Shown: positions 18,500 through 27,463, counted from the first letter of the stretch. The stretch: DNA of 32,000 nt from Desulfobulbus propionicus DSM 2032 (GCF_000186885.1 NC_014972.1:3780001-3812000); one strand, 5' to 3'. The notes: generated by a model from the letters alone, not told the origin. Translations and numbers: made by a program.

Positions 18500-20067
18500 T
18501 TGACCTTGAAATGCTTGGGTTCGATGCCGTAGCTGTGGATCTTGTAATTGATGATCCGGAGGCTGGTGTCCAGACTCTTGGCCGCCTTGGTCTGGTTGCC
18601 GTTGTTTTTTTTCAGCGCCTCAATAATAAGTTCGCGCTCGAAATTTTCAACCGCCGTGGCCAAGGAAAGGGGCTTGCTGGAATGAATGCTGTCCGCGCTC
18701 TGTAGCGAGGGCGGCAGGTGGATCGACTTGATCGCCGGCCCGTCGCAGATCAGCACGGCCCGTTCCATGCAGTTCTGGAGCTCGCGCACGTTGCCGGGCC
18801 AGTGGTACTGGACCAGGAGGTCGATGGCCGGGGTGGAGATGCGCTTGATCTGCTTGTTGTTTTCCTTGGCGTATTTTTCCAGGAAATATTCGGCGAGCAG
18901 CATGATATCGGTGCGCCGTTCCCTGAGTGGCGGCAGATAAACTGGAAAGACGTTGAGCCGGTAATAGAGATCCTCGCGGAAGGCCATCTCCTTGACCGCT
19001 TTTTCCAGGTCGCGGTTGGTGGCCGCCACCAGGCGGATGTCGGTCTTGATGGTCTTGGTCGAGCCCAGCCGCTGGAAGGTGCGTTCCTGGATGACGTTGA
19101 GCAACTTGACCTGCACCGCCGGGCTGATCTCGCCGATCTCGTCGAGGAATAGGGTGCCGCCCTCGGCCAGTTCGAACCGCCCCTTCTTGGCTTCGGTGGC
19201 GCCGGTGAAGGCCCCTTTTTCGTGGCCGAACAGTTCGCTCTCCAGGAGCGTTTCGGGAAGAGCCGAGCAGTTGACCACCACAAAAGGGCCATCCGCCCGG
19301 CTGGAGTTGTGGTGCAAGGCCTTGGCAACCAGGGTCTTGCCGGTGCCGGATTCGCCGCGCAGGAGCACGGTGGCGTTGGAGTCGGCCACCCGATGCACCA
19401 TGTCGAACACTTCCTGCATGCGCGACGAGTTGCCGATGATCTCCTCGATCCGGTTTTTGGCGGTCAACTCCCGTTTGAGCTTGGAATTTTCCTGGCGCAG
19501 GGCCTCCTTCTCCTCGTTGACCCGCTGGATGCGCTGCACCGTTTCGGCGATCAGGCCGCTGACCACGGTGAGAAAGCGGAGATCATTCTCCGACTGGGTG
19601 CCGAATCCCTCCTTGTAGACCCGGTCAATGGACAAGGCGCCGATGGATTGCTGGGCGGCCATGATCGGCACACAGAGAAACGAGCTTTTTTTCTTGCGCT
19701 CGTCGCCGCGGGTACGGGTACGGTTGAGAAACAGCGGTTCGTCGCCGATCTGCGGCACGATGATCGGCTCGCCGGTGGCCACCACCTTGCCGGTGATGCC
19801 CTCCCCCAGCTTGTAGCGGCCGCGCCGCTTGGCCTCGGCGGTGATGCCGTGGGCCACCTCGATCTCCAGTTCACCGGTGGCCGGGTTGATGATCGTGACC
19901 GTGCCGTTGTCCATGCCCTTGCGTTCGGCCAGGGAGGTGACGATCTTTTCCAGGCAGTCCTGCAGGCTGGTGGCCGAGGCCAGGTGGCGGGTGATTTCAT
20001 AAAGGCAGGTCAGGTCGATGAATTCCTGGTCCTGCATGGCATCGACAGAGGAAGTGTTTGTTTTCAT
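18496..20067 (-). CDS. Sigma-54-dependent transcriptional activator, GAF-AAA+-HTH (NifA-like architecture, no receiver domain)
   Basis: AAA+ core with [23 protein letters not shown] (GAFTGA loop) and FLDEIGE. C-terminal Fis-type [23 protein letters not shown]. The N-terminal ~170 aa are GAF-like (LEIEVAHGI.., [17 protein letters not shown]). Confidence 0.9.
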   Translation of the reverse strand: MKTNTSSVDAMQDQEFIDLTCLYEITRHLASATSLQDCLEKIVTSLAERKGMDNGTVTIINPATGELEIEVAHGITAEAKRRGRYKLGEGITGKVVATGEPIIVPQIGDEPLFLNRTRTRGDERKKKSSFLCVPIMAAQQSIGALSIDRVYKEGFGTQSENDLRFLTVVSGLIAETVQRIQRVNEEKEALRQENSKLKRELTAKNRIEEIIGNSSRMQEVFDMVHRVADSNATVLLRGESGTGKTLVAKALHHNSSRADGPFVVVNCSALPETLLESELFGHEKGAFTGATEAKKGRFELAEGGTLFLDEIGEISPAVQVKLLNVIQERTFQRLGSTKTIKTDIRLVAATNRDLEKAVKEMAFREDLYYRLNVFPVYLPPLRERRTDIMLLAEYFLEKYAKENNKQIKRISTPAIDLLVQYHWPGNVRELQNCMERAVLICDGPAIKSIHLPPSLQSADSIHSSKPLSLATAVENFERELIIEALKKNNGNQTKAAKSLDTSLRIINYKIHSYGIEPKHFKVK

Positions 20068-20083
20068 GAAATTGAGGAGGTTA

Positions 20084-20112
20084 TTGACAGTATTCCTTTG
20101 AAATGGTATTTA
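20084..20112 (+). promoter_or_regulatory. Sigma-70-type promoter of the tRNA-Ser pair
   Basis: TTGACA (20084-20089), a 17-nt spacer, TATTTA (20107-20112), then the tRNA 5' end 11 nt downstream. Confidence 0.5.
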
Positions 20113-20123
20113 CGTGCCGTTAT

Positions 20124-20209
20124 GGAGGGATGGCCGAGTGGTTTAAGGCGGCGGTCTTGAAAACCGTTGTGCGAAAGTACCGTGGGTTCGAATCCTACTC
20201 CCTCCGCCA
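20124..20209 (+). tRNA. tRNA-Ser (anticodon UGA), CCA encoded
   Basis: Folded by hand. Acceptor GGAGGGA/TCCCTCC, anticodon loop CTTGAAA, long variable arm, T-loop GGTTCGAATCC, discriminator G followed by CCA. Confidence 0.93.
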
Positions 20210-20229
20210 GAAACCGATATGCACTCCAT

Positions 20230-20322
20230 GGAGAGATGACCGAGTAGGCCGATGGTGCTCGCCTGCTAAGCGAGTGTGGGGGTTATACTCCACCGAGGGT
20301 TCGAATCCCTCTCTCTCCGCCA
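20230..20322 (+). tRNA. tRNA-Ser (anticodon GCU), CCA encoded
   Basis: Acceptor GGAGAGA/TCTCTCC, anticodon stem CTCGC/GCGAG with loop CTGCTAA, long variable arm, T-loop GGTTCGAATCC, G followed by CCA. Confidence 0.93.
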
Positions 20323-20328
20323 TATAGA

Positions 20329-20371
20329 CAAAGGCTGGTTGGATTGCCAACCAGCCTTTGTTGTTTGTGTT
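20329..20371 (+). terminator. Rho-independent terminator after the tRNA-Ser pair
   Basis: Perfect 14-bp stem caaaggctggttgg / ccaaccagcctttg with a 4-nt loop, followed by ttgtttgtgtt. Confidence 0.8.
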
Positions 20372-20503
20372 CCAGGACCACGCCATCCTGAACGACCTTC
20401 CATCAGGGTGCTAGTTTAACAAGTTTGTACCATGTTCCTGGGTGGTTTACCAGGATAACCTTACATATTATGTAAGAAGTTTTTCTTTTGTGTTGCATTT
20501 GTG

Positions 20504-20644
20504 TCAAGCGAGGTTGTTGTTCCTTCCCGTTGGCTCGTTCTTTTCCGCCCCGTTGTTTTCCGATTCGTCCGTGTCTTGTTCATAGCGAAACAGTTTTGTC
20601 AGGGTCTCTCCTCGCACCACCGGCTCTTGCCGCTGAGCGCGCAT
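20504..20644 (-). CDS. Candidate 46-aa acidic small protein (hypothetical)
   Basis: AGGAGG is followed by 6 nt and then the ATG at 20644; TGA at 20506-20504. Translation MRAQRQEPVVRGETLTKLFRYEQDTDESENNGAEKNEPTGRNNNLA. It is below the ORF-track cutoff and no family was recognised. Confidence 0.3.
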   Translation of the reverse strand: MRAQRQEPVVRGETLTKLFRYEQDTDESENNGAEKNEPTGRNNNLA

Positions 20645-20794
20645 GTTCCCCCTCCTATCGCCATTCCTTGCGGCGGTTCTGGGTTCGCGCGGATAGCGCG
20701 CAGGTCAGCCCTGTTGCAAAGCGTGATTGAGAATGCGGGCAGCAAATTATCAATACCATGATTTTTCTGAATAAAATGTTCAGGTGCGATCGCC

Positions 20795-20810
20795 TGGCGG
20801 CAATAGTGCT
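20795..20810 (+). promoter_or_regulatory. Candidate sigma-54 (-24/-12) promoter upstream of the REC/HD-GYP gene
   Basis: TGGCGGCAATAGTGCT has the GG-N10-GC spacing of the consensus TGGCACG-N4-TTGCW. It lies about 120 nt upstream of the ATG at 20929. A GC palindrome (20687-20701) and an AT-rich IHF-like stretch (about 20748-20762) lie upstream. Confidence 0.3.
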
Positions 20811-20928
20811 TTTCTCGCCGGGGGAATTGTGCCAAACTAAACAAGATAGTTGGGGGACCGAACAGTGCGTGCAGGTTTGCATGGGTGGGTATTCGGTGCA
20901 TATTGTTCCCAATTGACCAGGATGGAAT

Positions 20929-21984
20929 ATGGGCGCAAAGATTCTTGTCGCGGATGATGATTCCCTGGTTCGTCTGGCGATCCAAAAAATTCTCCTCTTC
21001 TTTGACCACGAGGTCACCGCCGTGGAATCCGGACGGCAGGTTTTGGAGTGCGTGAACGACGAGTTCGACGTCATCGTGCTTGACATCAACATGCCGGACA
21101 TGGATGGTTTTGAGACGCTGGAGCGGCTGAACCGGCAACAGGTGGACATCCCGGTTTTGTTTCTCACCGGCGCGGGTTCCATGGATTATGCGGTCAAGGC
21201 GATTCATTTGGGGGCCTACGATTTTCTCACCAAGCCGATTGCCGACATCGAACTGTTCCATGTGAAGGTCAAGCAGGCGGTGGAAAAGCGGCACTTTCTC
21301 CTCCAGGAAAAGGCCTACAAGAAAAACCTGGAAAGGGAGGTCGAGGCGAAGACCCGTGAGCTGGCCGAAAAGAATCTCCTGCTTGAGCGCTACAGCGAGC
21401 ACCTGGAACAGGCGACCGTCCAGATCATGTCCAGCCTGCAGGCGGCCATGGAGGAAAAGGACGGCTACACCGCCGGCCACACCCGCCGGGTGACGGAATT
21501 GGCCCTGCTGCTCGGGCAGGCGGCCGGTTTTAGCGGCGACGACATCACGGTGTTGCGCCGGGCCTCCCAGTTTCACGACATCGGCAAGCTGGTGATCGAT
21601 CTGTCCTGCATCCAGAAGCCCGGGGCACTCAGTCCGGAGGAGTGGGAATTGATCAAGAAACATCCCGGAGTGGGGGCGAGCATCATCGAACCGCTGACCT
21701 TCATGGATCGGGAGCGGGACATCATCCGTCACCACCACGAAAAAATCGACGGCACAGGTTATCCGGATGGGATTGGCGGCAACGAATTGGACACCCTCAC
21801 CAGGATCATCACCATCGCCGACAGCTATGATGCCATGACCTCGCGCCGCAATTACCGAAAAAATCTCACCTCCGCCGAAGCGGTGGGTGAGCTGCGCCGC
21901 TGCGGAGGGACTCAGTTCGATCCGGAACTGGTGGAAATCTTTGCGGGGGTTGTTCTTTCCGCTTGTTCGCTGTATAAACAGTAG
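20929..21984 (+). CDS. Response regulator with receiver and HD-GYP domains (putative c-di-GMP phosphodiesterase, RpfG-like)
   Basis: REC domain: ILVADDD..VLDINMPDMDG..LTKP. HD-GYP domain: GHTRRV, QFHDIGK, HHEKIDGTGYPDG. A coiled-coil linker joins the two. Confidence 0.9.
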   Translation: MGAKILVADDDSLVRLAIQKILLFFDHEVTAVESGRQVLECVNDEFDVIVLDINMPDMDGFETLERLNRQQVDIPVLFLTGAGSMDYAVKAIHLGAYDFLTKPIADIELFHVKVKQAVEKRHFLLQEKAYKKNLEREVEAKTRELAEKNLLLERYSEHLEQATVQIMSSLQAAMEEKDGYTAGHTRRVTELALLLGQAAGFSGDDITVLRRASQFHDIGKLVIDLSCIQKPGALSPEEWELIKKHPGVGASIIEPLTFMDRERDIIRHHHEKIDGTGYPDGIGGNELDTLTRIITIADSYDAMTSRRNYRKNLTSAEAVGELRRCGGTQFDPELVEIFAGVVLSACSLYKQ

Positions 21985-22033
21985 CCGTTTGTTGACAAGT
22001 CACAGCCCCTGTTCTTCCATTTGTTGATCAACC

Positions 22034-22321
22034 ATGAAAATTACCCGAGAAGAAGTGCAGCATGTGGCCAAACTGGCCCGGCTTGATCTGACCAGCGCCG
22101 AGGTGGATCGCATGACCGGCCAGCTCGACGCCATCTTGTCCTATGTGGCCAAACTCGACGAGCTAGACACCACCGGCGTACCCGTCACCACCCACACGCA
22201 GCAGGTGGTCAATGCCTTCCGCGAGGATGAGGTCCGCCCCTCGCTCCCCCGTGAGCGCGCCTTGGTCAACGGGCCGGAGCAGAATGGCGAATCCTTTGTG
22301 GTTCCCCGGGTCATCGGCTGA
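22034..22321 (+). CDS. gatC: Asp/Glu-tRNA amidotransferase subunit C
   Basis: 95 aa. MKITREEVQHVAKLARLDLTSAEVDRMTGQLDAILSYV is typical GatC, and gatA follows. Confidence 0.93.
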   Translation: MKITREEVQHVAKLARLDLTSAEVDRMTGQLDAILSYVAKLDELDTTGVPVTTHTQQVVNAFREDEVRPSLPRERALVNGPEQNGESFVVPRVIG

Positions 22322-22361
22322 GCGCCGTCCTTCTTTTTCACCCCTTACCATCAAGCGAAGC

Positions 22362-23822
22362 ATGGAACTGTACGCGTTACCCCTGCACGAGGCCCGGCGT
22401 CTCCTGGAGACCGGCGAGGTGAGTTCGGTGGCCCTTACCGAATCGGTGCTTGCCCGGATTGAAGCCGTCGAACCCAAAGTTCAATCCTACCTGACCCTGG
22501 ATCGGGAAGGTGCCCTGCGACAGGCAGAACAGGCCGATATTGCCAGGAAAAACGGGCAAGGCGGGCCGCTGTGCGGCATCCCCCTGGCTATCAAGGATGT
22601 GCTCTGCACCACTACCATGCCCACCACCTGCGGCTCCCGCATCTTGGAAAACTTCGTCGCCCCCTACGAGGCCACGGTGGTGACCAAACTGGCCGAGGCC
22701 GGTTCGGTGCTCGTGGGCAAGCTGGCCATGGACGAATTCGCCATGGGCTCGACCAGCGAAAATTGCGCCTTCAAAGTACCCCACAACCCCTGGAAGCTCG
22801 GCTATGTGGCCGGCGGTTCCAGCGGCGGGTCAGCGGCGGCGGTGGCGGCCGACGAGTGTTTCGCCTCGCTGGGTTCAGACACCGGCGGTTCGATCCGCCA
22901 GCCCGCCTCGCTGTGCGGCACGGTGGGCATGAAGCCGACCTATGGCCGGGTGTCGCGCTACGGTCTGGTGGCCTTTGCCTCCTCGCTCGATCAGGTCGGG
23001 CCGCTGACCAAGGAGGTGCGCGACTGCGCCCTGATGATGAACGCGATCAGCGGCCATGACCCCAAGGATTCCACCTCGATCAAATTGGACGTCCCTGATT
23101 TTACCGCCTCCCTCCAGGACGGACTCAAAGGGGTGAAGATCGGTCTACCTAGGGAATATTTCGTCCAGGGACTCGATCCCGAGGTGGACAGGGCGGTCCG
23201 CGACGGCATCCGCATGCTCCAGGAGGCCGGCGCCGAGCTGGTGGAGGTCACCCTGCCACACACCGACTACTGCGTGGCGGTCTATTATTTGATCGCCCCG
23301 GCCGAGGCCAGCTCCAACCTGGCCCGCTTCGACGGCGTTCGCTACGGCTATCGCGACCGTTCGGCCGACTCCCTGATCGAGATGTACAACCGCACCCGTT
23401 CGCAGGGATTCGGCGACGAAGTCAAGCGCCGTATCCTCATCGGCACCTATGCACTCTCCTCGGGCTATTACGATGCCTACTACAAGAAGGCCTCCCAGGT
23501 GCGCACCCTGATCAAGGACGATTTCGCCAAGGCCTTTGCCCACTGCGACCTGATGGTTTCGCCGGTCTGCCCGACCCCGGCCTGGAAGATCGGCGACAAG
23601 GCCGACGATCCGCTTGCCCTCTATCTTTCCGATATCCTTACTCTGTCGGCCAACCTTGCCGGCGTGCCCGGCATGTCGGTGCCCTGCGGGTTCAGCAGCG
23701 ACGGCCTGCCGATCGGTTTGCAGCTCCAGGCGGCCCACTTCAACGAGGAAATTCTGTTGCGTGCTGCCTACAACCTTGAACAACGTGCCGGCGTTGTCGG
23801 CAAGAAACCGGTGATCGCCTGA
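22362..23822 (+). CDS. gatA: Asp/Glu-tRNA amidotransferase subunit A
   Basis: Amidase signature GGSSGGSAAAVA and GSDTGGSIRQPAS. The ATG at 22362 (MELYALPLHEARRLL) is preferred over the ORF-track start at 22212, which overlaps gatC. Confidence 0.95.
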   Translation: MELYALPLHEARRLLETGEVSSVALTESVLARIEAVEPKVQSYLTLDREGALRQAEQADIARKNGQGGPLCGIPLAIKDVLCTTTMPTTCGSRILENFVAPYEATVVTKLAEAGSVLVGKLAMDEFAMGSTSENCAFKVPHNPWKLGYVAGGSSGGSAAAVAADECFASLGSDTGGSIRQPASLCGTVGMKPTYGRVSRYGLVAFASSLDQVGPLTKEVRDCALMMNAISGHDPKDSTSIKLDVPDFTASLQDGLKGVKIGLPREYFVQGLDPEVDRAVRDGIRMLQEAGAELVEVTLPHTDYCVAVYYLIAPAEASSNLARFDGVRYGYRDRSADSLIEMYNRTRSQGFGDEVKRRILIGTYALSSGYYDAYYKKASQVRTLIKDDFAKAFAHCDLMVSPVCPTPAWKIGDKADDPLALYLSDILTLSANLAGVPGMSVPCGFSSDGLPIGLQLQAAHFNEEILLRAAYNLEQRAGVVGKKPVIA

Positions 23823-23824
23823 TT

Positions 23825-24943
23825 ATGCAACTGCCCATTCAACCCCACATCGCGGCCATTGTCCCCTATCCGCCCGGCAAACCCATGGATGAGCTGGAGC
23901 GGGAATACGGGGTGACCAACGCCATCAAGCTGGCCTCCAACGAAAACCCCTGGGGCCCCTCGCCCAAGGCGGTCGCGGCCATTGGGGCCATGCTTGCCAA
24001 CCTGCACCGCTATCCCGACGGTTCGAGCTACTCCCTGACCGAGGCCGTGGCCCGGTGGATGGGGTCGGCGTCCGACGAGATCGTGCTCGGCAACGGCTCC
24101 AACGAAGTGATCGAGTTTCTGGTCAAGGCCTTTGTCGGTACCGGTGACGCGGTCATCACTAGCCACCCCTCCTTCCTCATGTACCAGAAGTTCGTCCAGG
24201 TGCGGGGCGGCGAGAACGTGATCGTTCCGCTCAAGGAGATGCGCCATGACCTGGAGGCGATCAGCGCCGCCGTGACCGACCGCACCCGGTTGATCTTCAT
24301 CGACAACCCGAATAACCCCACCGGCACCCTGATCTCCCGCGAGGACTTTGACCGCTTCCTGCGCAGCCTGCCCCAGTCGGTGATCGTGGTGGTGGACGAG
24401 GCCTACGTCGATTTCGTCGATCCTGCGGTGCGCATCGATATCCTCGGCTATATCCGTCAGCCAGAGCAGATCCCGGCGGTGGTCAGCCTGCGCACCTTTT
24501 CCAAGGCCTTTGGTCTCGCTGGGCTGCGGGTCGGCTTCGGGGTCATGCACCGCGAGGTGGCCGCGCTGCTGCATCGGGTGCGGCAACCATTCAACATCAA
24601 CCTGCCGGCCCAGGCCGGCGCCTTGGCTGCGCTCGACGACCTGGAACACTACCAGCGCACCCTGAGCGGCACGGCCGAGGGCCGGACCTGGCTGAGTGCG
24701 GAGGTCGCCGAGCTGGGCTGCACGCCCTATCCGTCGCACACCAACTTTTTCCTCATTGATGTGCAGGGCGATGCCACAAAACTCTATGAAGCCATGCTCT
24801 ACAAGGGCGTGATTGTCCGTTCGATGAAGGCCTACGGTTATCCGGACTTCATCCGCATCACCGTGGGCACGATGGCGGAGAATCAGCGCTTTGTCAGCGC
24901 CCTGGCCGACTGTCTCCGGGACCTGGGGTATGGGCGTGCGTAA
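23825..24943 (+). CDS. hisC: Histidinol-phosphate aminotransferase
   Basis: KLASNENPWGPSP, YPDGS, NPNNPTG, and RTFSKAFGLAGLRVGF (PLP lysine motif). Confidence 0.93.
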   Translation: MQLPIQPHIAAIVPYPPGKPMDELEREYGVTNAIKLASNENPWGPSPKAVAAIGAMLANLHRYPDGSSYSLTEAVARWMGSASDEIVLGNGSNEVIEFLVKAFVGTGDAVITSHPSFLMYQKFVQVRGGENVIVPLKEMRHDLEAISAAVTDRTRLIFIDNPNNPTGTLISREDFDRFLRSLPQSVIVVVDEAYVDFVDPAVRIDILGYIRQPEQIPAVVSLRTFSKAFGLAGLRVGFGVMHREVAALLHRVRQPFNINLPAQAGALAALDDLEHYQRTLSGTAEGRTWLSAEVAELGCTPYPSHTNFFLIDVQGDATKLYEAMLYKGVIVRSMKAYGYPDFIRITVGTMAENQRFVSALADCLRDLGYGRA

Positions 24944-25628
24944 ACGGATCGTCACCATCGACGGCCCGTCCGGCGGTGGTAAATCGACCGTCTCCCGGGC
25001 CCTGGCGGCCAAGCTCCATTTCACCTACCTGGATACAGGGGCGATGTACCGGGCCGTGGCCTATCACTGCCGAGAGCAGGGGATCGCCGCAGAAGAAGGC
25101 CCGCAGCTGGCGGATCTGTTGGCCTCGCTGCGGATCGAACTGCTGCCGCCCTTGCCCGGTGGCGATGATGTACGGGTGCTCGTGGAGGGGGGCGAGGTGG
25201 GGCAGGCCTTGCGTACCCCGGAGATGGGCATGCTGGCCTCGCAGTTCTCTGCCCTGCCGATGGTACGCGCGACCCTGACCCGGCTGCAGCAGCAGATCGG
25301 CGCAGGCGGCCGCATTGTGGCCGAGGGCCGCGACACCGGCACCGTGGTCTTTCCGGATGCGGCCTGGAAGTTTTTCCTCGACGCCAGCCCCGAGGTGCGG
25401 GCGCAGCGCCGGGCGGCCCAGTTGCGCGGCAAGGGCGAGACCGTGGATGAGCAGCAGTTGTTGGCGCAGATCATCAAACGTGATAAGGCCGATCGCGAAC
25501 GGAGCGCGGCCCCGTTGCAGGCCGCCGCGGATGCGGTCATCCTTGATTCCACCCAAATACCGGCCGACGAGGTGGTGGAGCAAATGTACGCGCACATCCT
25601 CGCCACCTCCTGTTGCCGCGACGAATAA
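24930..25628 (+). CDS. cmk: (d)CMP kinase
   Basis: IVTIDGPSGGGKSTVSRALA (P-loop), YLDTGAMYRA, GRDTGTVVFPDA. The start is uncertain (ATG 24930 or GTG 24936), and it overlaps the hisC stop. Confidence 0.9.
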   Translation: MGVRKRIVTIDGPSGGGKSTVSRALAAKLHFTYLDTGAMYRAVAYHCREQGIAAEEGPQLADLLASLRIELLPPLPGGDDVRVLVEGGEVGQALRTPEMGMLASQFSALPMVRATLTRLQQQIGAGGRIVAEGRDTGTVVFPDAAWKFFLDASPEVRAQRRAAQLRGKGETVDEQQLLAQIIKRDKADRERSAAPLQAAADAVILDSTQIPADEVVEQMYAHILATSCCRDE

Positions 25629-25674
25629 CCTACTACGCTGTGGCGGCGACTGCCCTCCGCAGCGACCGTTTTAG

Positions 25675-25724
25675 ATAAAAAAAGCCCTGCATTCCGCTCG
25701 GGAGTGCAGGGCTTTTCTTGTTTC
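25675..25724. terminator. Bidirectional terminator between convergent cmk and roo
   Basis: 12-bp stem gccctgcattcc / ggagtgcagggc (one U-G pair), flanked by aaaaaaa on the left and ttttcttgttt on the right. Confidence 0.8.
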
Positions 25725-25741
25725 TGTACCATCAGCGTCGA

Positions 25742-26962
25742 TCAGGCCAGGGATTCCACCTGCTCGCCGGCCATCATCGCCTGCATGGCCTTGCCCACTG
25801 TCCGTCCCAGTTCCACGCACTCGCCCAACTGGGCATGCTCGGGGACATACTGGGTCTTGACCCCTGGGTGACAGACCACGATGTTCATCTCCTTGAGGAT
25901 TTCATTCATCATCTTGACCGCCTCGCCCGACCAGCCGTAGGAACCGAACGAGGCCCCCACCTTGTTGGTCGGCCGCAGACCGCGCATGTACATCAGAAAA
26001 TCGGCCATGCGTGGCAACATACCGTTGTTGAGGGTCGGAGAACCAAGCACAATGGCGCTGGCCTCGAGCACGTCGGTCATGACGTCGCTACGGTGGTTAA
26101 CCGCCAGATCAAGCAGCTTGTACTCCACGCCCTGCTCATGCAGGCCTTCGGCCACGGCCTTGGCCATCTTCTTGGTCGATTCCCACATGGTGTCGTAGAT
26201 GACCAGGGCCCGGCCGTTGCCCTGGTGGTTGCACCAGCGGTTGTAAGCCTCGATGATCTTGCCCGGATTGGAACGCCAGACCACGCCGTGATCGGGGGCG
26301 AGCATCTTGATCGGCAACTGCATCTCCTGGACCTTGGCTAGCAGCTTCTTCACCAGCGGCGAATAGAGGGTGAGGATGTTGGCGTAGTACTTGGTGGCCT
26401 CGTGCATGAGCACATCCTGGTTGACTTCGTCGTCAAACCGCTCGCTGGTGGCCAGATGCTCGCCAAAGGCATCGCTGGTGAACAGGATCTGATCTTCCTT
26501 GAGGTAGGTGAACATCGAATCCGGCCAGTGGAGCATGCGGGTTTCGAGGAAACTGAGCGTCTTCGTGCCCAGGCTGATTTCCTCGCCCGGCGCGACCACA
26601 TGAAAGGGCCAGTCCGGACGGTGGAAATGCTGCATCAGAGCCTTGTGGCCCATCTTCGAGCAGATGATCTTTTCCGGATTGATCGCCTCGACCACCTCGG
26701 GTAGCGAGCCGCTGTGATCCATCTCTACATGGTTGACCACCAGATAGTCGATCTTTTTCGGATCGATGATGGTGTGGATGCGGTGCATCAGCTCGCTTTT
26801 GTACGGTTTTTTGACCGTATCGATCAGGGTGACCTTTTCGTCGATGATGAGAAAGGCGTTGTAGGTGGTGCCGCGGTAGGTCGAATAGCCGTGGAAATCA
26901 CGGATATTCCAGTCGACGGCGCCCACCCAGTAGACATTGTCAGCCAGGGCAATTTTTTTCAT
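25742..26962 (-). CDS. roo: Flavodiiron protein (rubredoxin:oxygen oxidoreductase, FprA/ROO type)
   Basis: 406 aa. Metallo-beta-lactamase-like N-terminal half with HVEMDHSGS (the HxExDH diiron motif) and a flavodoxin-like C-terminal half (ALVIYDTMWESTKKMA). GAGGAA SD upstream. Confidence 0.92.
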   Translation of the reverse strand: MKKIALADNVYWVGAVDWNIRDFHGYSTYRGTTYNAFLIIDEKVTLIDTVKKPYKSELMHRIHTIIDPKKIDYLVVNHVEMDHSGSLPEVVEAINPEKIICSKMGHKALMQHFHRPDWPFHVVAPGEEISLGTKTLSFLETRMLHWPDSMFTYLKEDQILFTSDAFGEHLATSERFDDEVNQDVLMHEATKYYANILTLYSPLVKKLLAKVQEMQLPIKMLAPDHGVVWRSNPGKIIEAYNRWCNHQGNGRALVIYDTMWESTKKMAKAVAEGLHEQGVEYKLLDLAVNHRSDVMTDVLEASAIVLGSPTLNNGMLPRMADFLMYMRGLRPTNKVGASFGSYGWSGEAVKMMNEILKEMNIVVCHPGVKTQYVPEHAQLGECVELGRTVGKAMQAMMAGEQVESLA

Positions 26963-26988
26963 GGAGTGATTCCTCTGTTGGGATGCGG

Positions 26989-27336
26989 TTAAAAGGTGAG
27001 AACCGTATAGCCTTGCTCGATATAGGCCGACATCGCCGGATGGCCAGCCAATTCGCCAATCAGCGGAATGTTCTCCTGGGTGACCGCTTCGACGACATTG
27101 AGCTTGGTGGAGCAGGCACGGCAGGCGCCGACGATCAGACCCTGAGTCTTGGCCTTGGTGTACAGTTGATGAAGGAAATGCGAGGGCTCGGCCATGACCG
27201 GCACCAGGGTGACCGACTCGCCTTCGAGCACTATTTTACCCTCCATGCCCTTCTGGGCCATATCCAAACTGTTCAGGAGCACGTGAATGAAGCAGAGCGG
27301 ATTGTCGCGGAAAGCGAAAAAAACGGTTTTGTTCAT
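26989..27336 (-). CDS. DsrE/DsrF-like family small protein with a CRAC (CxxC) motif
   Basis: 115 aa from the ATG at 27336 (GAGG SD). MNKTVFFAFRDNPLCFIHVLLNSLDMAQKG..GACRACSTKL..GHPAMSAYIEQGYTVLTF matches my memory of small DsrE-like proteins of anaerobes that end in GHPSM..Y...GY.IITF. Confidence 0.65.
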   Translation of the reverse strand: MNKTVFFAFRDNPLCFIHVLLNSLDMAQKGMEGKIVLEGESVTLVPVMAEPSHFLHQLYTKAKTQGLIVGACRACSTKLNVVEAVTQENIPLIGELAGHPAMSAYIEQGYTVLTF

Positions 27337-27463
27337 AGGCAACCTCGAAAGAGTACAGAAAATGGGTCAGCGCATGAGACAGCCGCAGACCGCGATGGTC
27401 TGGTCGGCATAACGGCGGGCGGCGGGAGGGGGGAGACCTGCCTGGGCGGGCCGGACAAGGTGG

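Noticed and set aside
20488-20761. Plus-strand ORFs of 80 and 86 aa in the region after the tRNA genes.
   Set aside because: They use non-ATG or SD-less starts, overlap each other in different frames, and have Cys/Pro/Arg/Phe-rich implausible composition. The minus-strand 46-codon ORF with a strong SD explains the open frames better.
20372-20928. Possible integrated element at the tRNA-Ser genes, which are a classic integration hotspot.
   Set aside because: There is no integrase or other mobile gene, and I found no clear direct repeat of the tRNA 3' end downstream. The closest resemblance is tctctcctcgcacca at about 20606-20620. The flanking genes are ordinary core genes.
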